Below, piece after piece: positions 62,400-64,000 of a stretch of DNA of 64,000 nucleotides. The notes below the pieces were generated by a model. It was given only the letters and a program-made list of their open reading frames with translations. It made no database searches and was not told the origin of the DNA. The stretch is from the NCBI GenBank assembly GCA_013265495.1, contig MU058198.1:1872419-1936418 (forward strand). The letters are read 5' to 3'. The position numbers and the translations under genes were made by a program. Every line of letters starts with the position of its first letter. The first letter of the stretch is position 1. The stretch is from Vicugna vicugna. Lineage: Eukaryota.

Positions 62400-64000
62400 G
62401 GACTGTTTTTGTACAGTAATGCAGCAGGCTTCCAGCTTCTCCAGATCCTCTCTAACAATTGTCATTTTCCTTTTTAATTATTATTCTAGCCTTCCTAGTA
62501 GGTGTGAAATTGTATCTCATTGTTGTTTCAATTTTCATTTATTAATGATCAATGATACTGAACATCTTTTCATGTGCTTGTTGTCCATTTGTATGTCTTC
62601 TTTGTAGAAATGTCTATTCAAATTCTTTGCCCATTTTTACATTGGGCTGTTTGCCTTTATAATTTCTGGATACTAGACCTTTCTCTGTTATGCAGTGTGC
62701 AAAGATTTTCTCCCATTCTGTGGGCTTATACTTTCTTGATAGTGTCCTTTGATGCACAATCGTCTTTAATTTTAATGAAGTCCAGTTTATCTATTTGATT
62801 GCTTGTACACTTTAGGTATCAAATCACTGCTTAATCAAAGCTCACAGAGACTTACTCCAGTGTTTTCTTCTAAGACGTTTATAGTTTTAGCTGTTATATT
62901 CAAGTTTTTAGTTGATTTTTGCATAAGGTATGATAGGGTTCCAGCTTGATTCTTTTGAATATCCAGTTGTTCCATCACTCTTAATTTAAAGCACTATGAA
63001 TTTCCCTCACCTAATTGACTTGGCATTTTTGTTAAAATCAATTGACCTTAGAAGTATGGATTTATTTCTGGATTTTCAGTTGTATTTTATTGATATATAT
63101 GTTTATCTTTATGCCAGTACCACACCCATCTTGATTACTTTAGCTTTGTAGTGAGTTTTGAAATTGGAAGATGATACTTTGCAATTCCATATACATTTAA
63201 GAATTAGCTTGTCTTTACACAAAAAAACAAACCTAGTAGGATTTTTACTGAGATTGCTTTAATTTTATAGAACAATTTAAAAAGTTTTAACGTTTTTACT
63301 GTTTTTAGTTTTACAATCTGTAAAGTTGGTACATTCCTTTACTCATTTAGTTCTACCATCCATTTTTAACTTAGGTCTTCCTTATGTTTACTTAATTCTG
63401 TTTAGTAGTTATTGGTTTAGAGATATGCAAATATATTGTTAGCTTTATTCCTGCTTATCTTCTGATGCTGTTATAAATAGTATCACTTTTTGAGGTGTCA
63501 TTTTTATTGTTTGTTGCTGATATAGAGAAATACAGTTAAAAGAGTTTATTTTTAAAATTAAGCTTGCTAAGTTATTTTATTCATTTTAATAATCTATGTG
63601 AGAGGGGAGGGTATAGCTCAAGTAGTAGAGCACATGCTTAGCATGCACGAGGTCCTGGGTTCAACTCCCAGTACCTCCTCTAAAAATAAATGAACTTGAC
63701 TACCCCCCATCCACAAAAATAAAATAATTAAATAATACAACAACAAATAAATTAAATACTTTAAAAAATAATAACCTATGTGTAGATTGCTTTTTATTTT
63801 CAATGTATATATTCAAAGCAGATGCTAATAGTGTATTTCTTTTCCAATCATATATATTTATTTCTTGTTTTTGACTGACTGCTTTGTCAAGGATATATAG
63901 TTGAAACTGGATCAAAGTGGTGATAACAGACATCCAGTTTTGTTCCAATTTCACAGCGAACGTTTTCCACTGAAATTGTGCCCCTATGTCACTCAGCTTT
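62400..64000 (-). mobile_element. Old L1 ORF2 3' region
   Basis: ggtgtgaaattgtatctcattg...tgaacatcttttcatgtgcttgttgtccatttgtatgtcttc and further antisense ORF2-like sequence; interrupted by the SINE. Confidence 0.75.
63601..63768 (+). mobile_element. tRNA-Ala-derived SINE (camelid vic-1 type)
   Basis: gggtatagctcaagtagtagagcacatgcttagcatgcacgaggtcctgggttcaactcccagtacctcc (A and B boxes, AGC anticodon arm), A-rich tail, 14-bp TSD TAATAA(T/C)CTATGTG at 63587-63600 and 63769-63782. Confidence 0.9.

Noticed and set aside
63604..63680. Functional tRNA-Ala gene
   Set aside because: CpG-decay changes in the stems and B box, no oligo-T terminator, and an A-rich tail with a TSD: this is a SINE.

Overview
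Mammalian genomic DNA, probably camelid: a tRNA-Ala-derived vic-1-type SINE lies at 63601, and I saw no ruminant Bov-A/BovB, pig PRE or primate Alu elements. The window holds two tandem, + strand ABCA3-like lipid transporter genes of the ABCA14/15/16 type. Gene A contributes its last four coding exons (1-4995: NBD2 end, regulatory domain, stop codon), followed by AATAAA at 5124. A CpG-rich promoter region (~7050-7950) follows about 2 kb later. Gene B contributes 22 coding exons (15396-61387) that I spliced by hand into an uninterrupted 1266-codon frame (TMD1/ECD1, complete NBD1, R1, most of TMD2); it continues beyond the window. I cannot tell which paralog each gene is. Introns are filled with L1, solo LTRs (two with perfect 4-bp TSDs), MaLR, MIR/L2 and hAT MITEs; repeat family names are from recall of consensus sequences, not a database search. 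The notable oddities are a GC-AG intron, an intron with both a duplicated in-frame donor and a NAGNAG acceptor, a perfect 27-bp hairpin at the junction of an inverted L1, and an antisense 81-codon ghost ORF whose five internal stops are all TGA. I found no evidence of a wholly new biological system; most short ORFs in the supplied track are repeat-derived or spurious.
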